From the NCBI GenBank assembly GCA_028826165.1, contig JAPDFW010000089.1, positions 1-64,000 on the forward strand: a stretch of 64,000 bases of DNA. The letters run 5' to 3'. Below, one piece after another: positions 62,701 to 64,000 of the stretch. The position numbers and the translations under genes are program-made. A model generated the notes under the pieces. The model was not told the origin of the DNA. It saw only the letters and a program-made list of their open reading frames with translations, and searched no databases. Within the stretch, counting starts at the first letter, position 1. Each line of letters begins with the position of its first letter. The stretch comes from Anaeramoeba ignava BMAN (lineage: Eukaryota; Protista; Anaeramoebae).

Positions 62701-64000
62701 TCAAAATCAAAATCAAAATCAAAATCAAAATCAAAATCAAAATGAAAATCAAAATCAAATCAAATCAAAATCAAAATCAAAATCAAAATCAAAATCAAAA
62801 TCAAAATCAAAATCAAAATCAAATTCAAAATGAAAATCAAAATCAAAATCAAAATCAAAATCAAAATCAAATCAAAATGAAAATCAAAATGAAAATCAAA
62901 ATGAAAATCAAATTCAAAATCAAATTCAAAATCAAAATCAAAATCAAAATCAAATTCAAATTCAAATTCAAAATCAAAATCAAATTCAAAATCAAAATCA
63001 AATTCAAAATGAAAATCAAATTCAAATTCAAAATGTTCAACTTCCAAAATGGGCTAAAACACCAGAAGAATTTATTCAAATACATAAAGAAGCACTTGAA
63101 TCAGGATATGTTTCAGAACATCTTGATGAATGGATTGACTTGATATTTGGATATAAACAAAAAGGAAAAGAAGCTAAAAATTCATACAATTCATTTCATC
63201 CAAATTTATATGAAGAAAATATTCGTTTTTCAAAATTGAAAGATAAAACAGAAACAGAAATACAAAGAAAAGGACAAATCCCAATTCAGTTATTTAAACA
63301 AAAACACCCAAAAAGAATAACAAAAAGAGAAATTGAACAGAAATCTTTTTCATCTTCTTTCTCATTATTTGAATGGAAAAATGTTTTACCATCAAATAAG
63401 AGATTGGGTTTACAAAGTCAATATTTGAAGATCAGTTCAAATCCAATTATATTTACATATTTTCAAGAGACGATTGATTTAATGTTAGTTATGGGAAGTG
63501 TTAATAAAATTGTTGCAATCGATAAAGAAGGAAATATTGCAAAATATACATTTTATTTAAATGATCCAAATCCAAAAAATCCCAAATTTGTTTGTGAAAT
63601 TGATAAAAAAATTGAAGCTAAAATTGGAGTTTCATTTCCAGAGGATTTCAATAATTTCCAAGGATTTTCAACATTGATTAGAAATTTGAAATATTTGATT
63701 TCTTGTGGATTTAATGATAATAGTTTTAAAATGATTGATATTGAAAATTCCAAAATTATTCAAATTATTTCCAAACATCAAGATATTGTGAATTGTTTAT
63801 CACTTGATTCCAAATATTTTGTTACAGGATCCAAAGATACAACAGTTATTGTTTGGGAATTTGATTTAAATGAAGAAAAAGTGAAAGAAAATCCAAAATA
63901 TATTTTTTTTGAACATGAAAAAGAAGTGAAAAGTGTTGCAATATCAGCTGAATATGATGTTGTTTTAAGTGGATCTATTGATGGGGAATTGATATTTCAT
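53745..64000 (+). CDS. BTB-BEACH-WD40 protein (neurobeachin/LRBA/LYST-like), 3' truncated; introns 54414-54485, 54591-54664, 54894-54963, 55167-55266, 55430-55492, 56539-56631; apparent indels ~59815 and in the NQ tract
   Basis: BTB SDLKIYCG...IFCHKFILETNSKYF...VIQFFYTG; ConA-like FSFATWIRFE...KWHFFVF...IYLDG; [67 protein letters not shown]...WIDLIFGYKQKG, GQIPIQLF; WD40 HQDIVNCLSLD...VTGSKDTTVIVW. Confidence 0.88.
62620..63030 (+). repeat. NQ/NE/IQ coding microsatellite inside the BEACH domain
   Basis: Lies between PDFLRNP and NVQLPKWA. Confidence 0.85.

Noticed and set aside
1-64000. Alternative genetic code or stop reassignment
   Set aside because: Conserved genes (SMC2, CCT8, DDX24) translate fully with the standard code once introns are removed; TAA, TAG and TGA all occur as terminators

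Overview
Extremely AT-rich, gene-dense eukaryotic (protist) DNA with GT-AG spliceosomal introns and the standard genetic code. Composition, (NQ/NE)n coding microsatellites and expanded BTB families suggest an Anaeramoeba-like metamonad; this is inference, not a search result. About 18 protein genes can be assembled. Five are RCC1-repeat/tandem-BTB paralogues in two clusters (1-3085 minus; 46919-52867 plus). The others are NPRL3 (GATOR1), an RGS-DH-PH-MORN protein, an hnRNP R/Q-like 3xRRM protein, a DENN protein, a PH-like/VPS9 protein, an ankyrin/tandem-BTB protein, a Ras-family GTPase, an actin-fold protein ending in a villin headpiece, SMC2, TAF8, DDX24/MAK5, CCT8 and a BTB-BEACH-WD40 protein running off the right edge. 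The strongest candidate system is a repertoire of probable Cullin-3 adaptors with a near-constant BTB-BTB module and hypervariable propeller loops. Other highlights are unusual domain fusions (actin+villin headpiece, BTB+BEACH, RGS+DH-PH+MORN), introns each inflated by a private tandem repeat, and a 100/68-bp array copied from a gene's 3' end. Scattered single-base frameshifts are probably long-read assembly errors. No rRNA, tRNA, CRISPR, intein or transposase was recognised.
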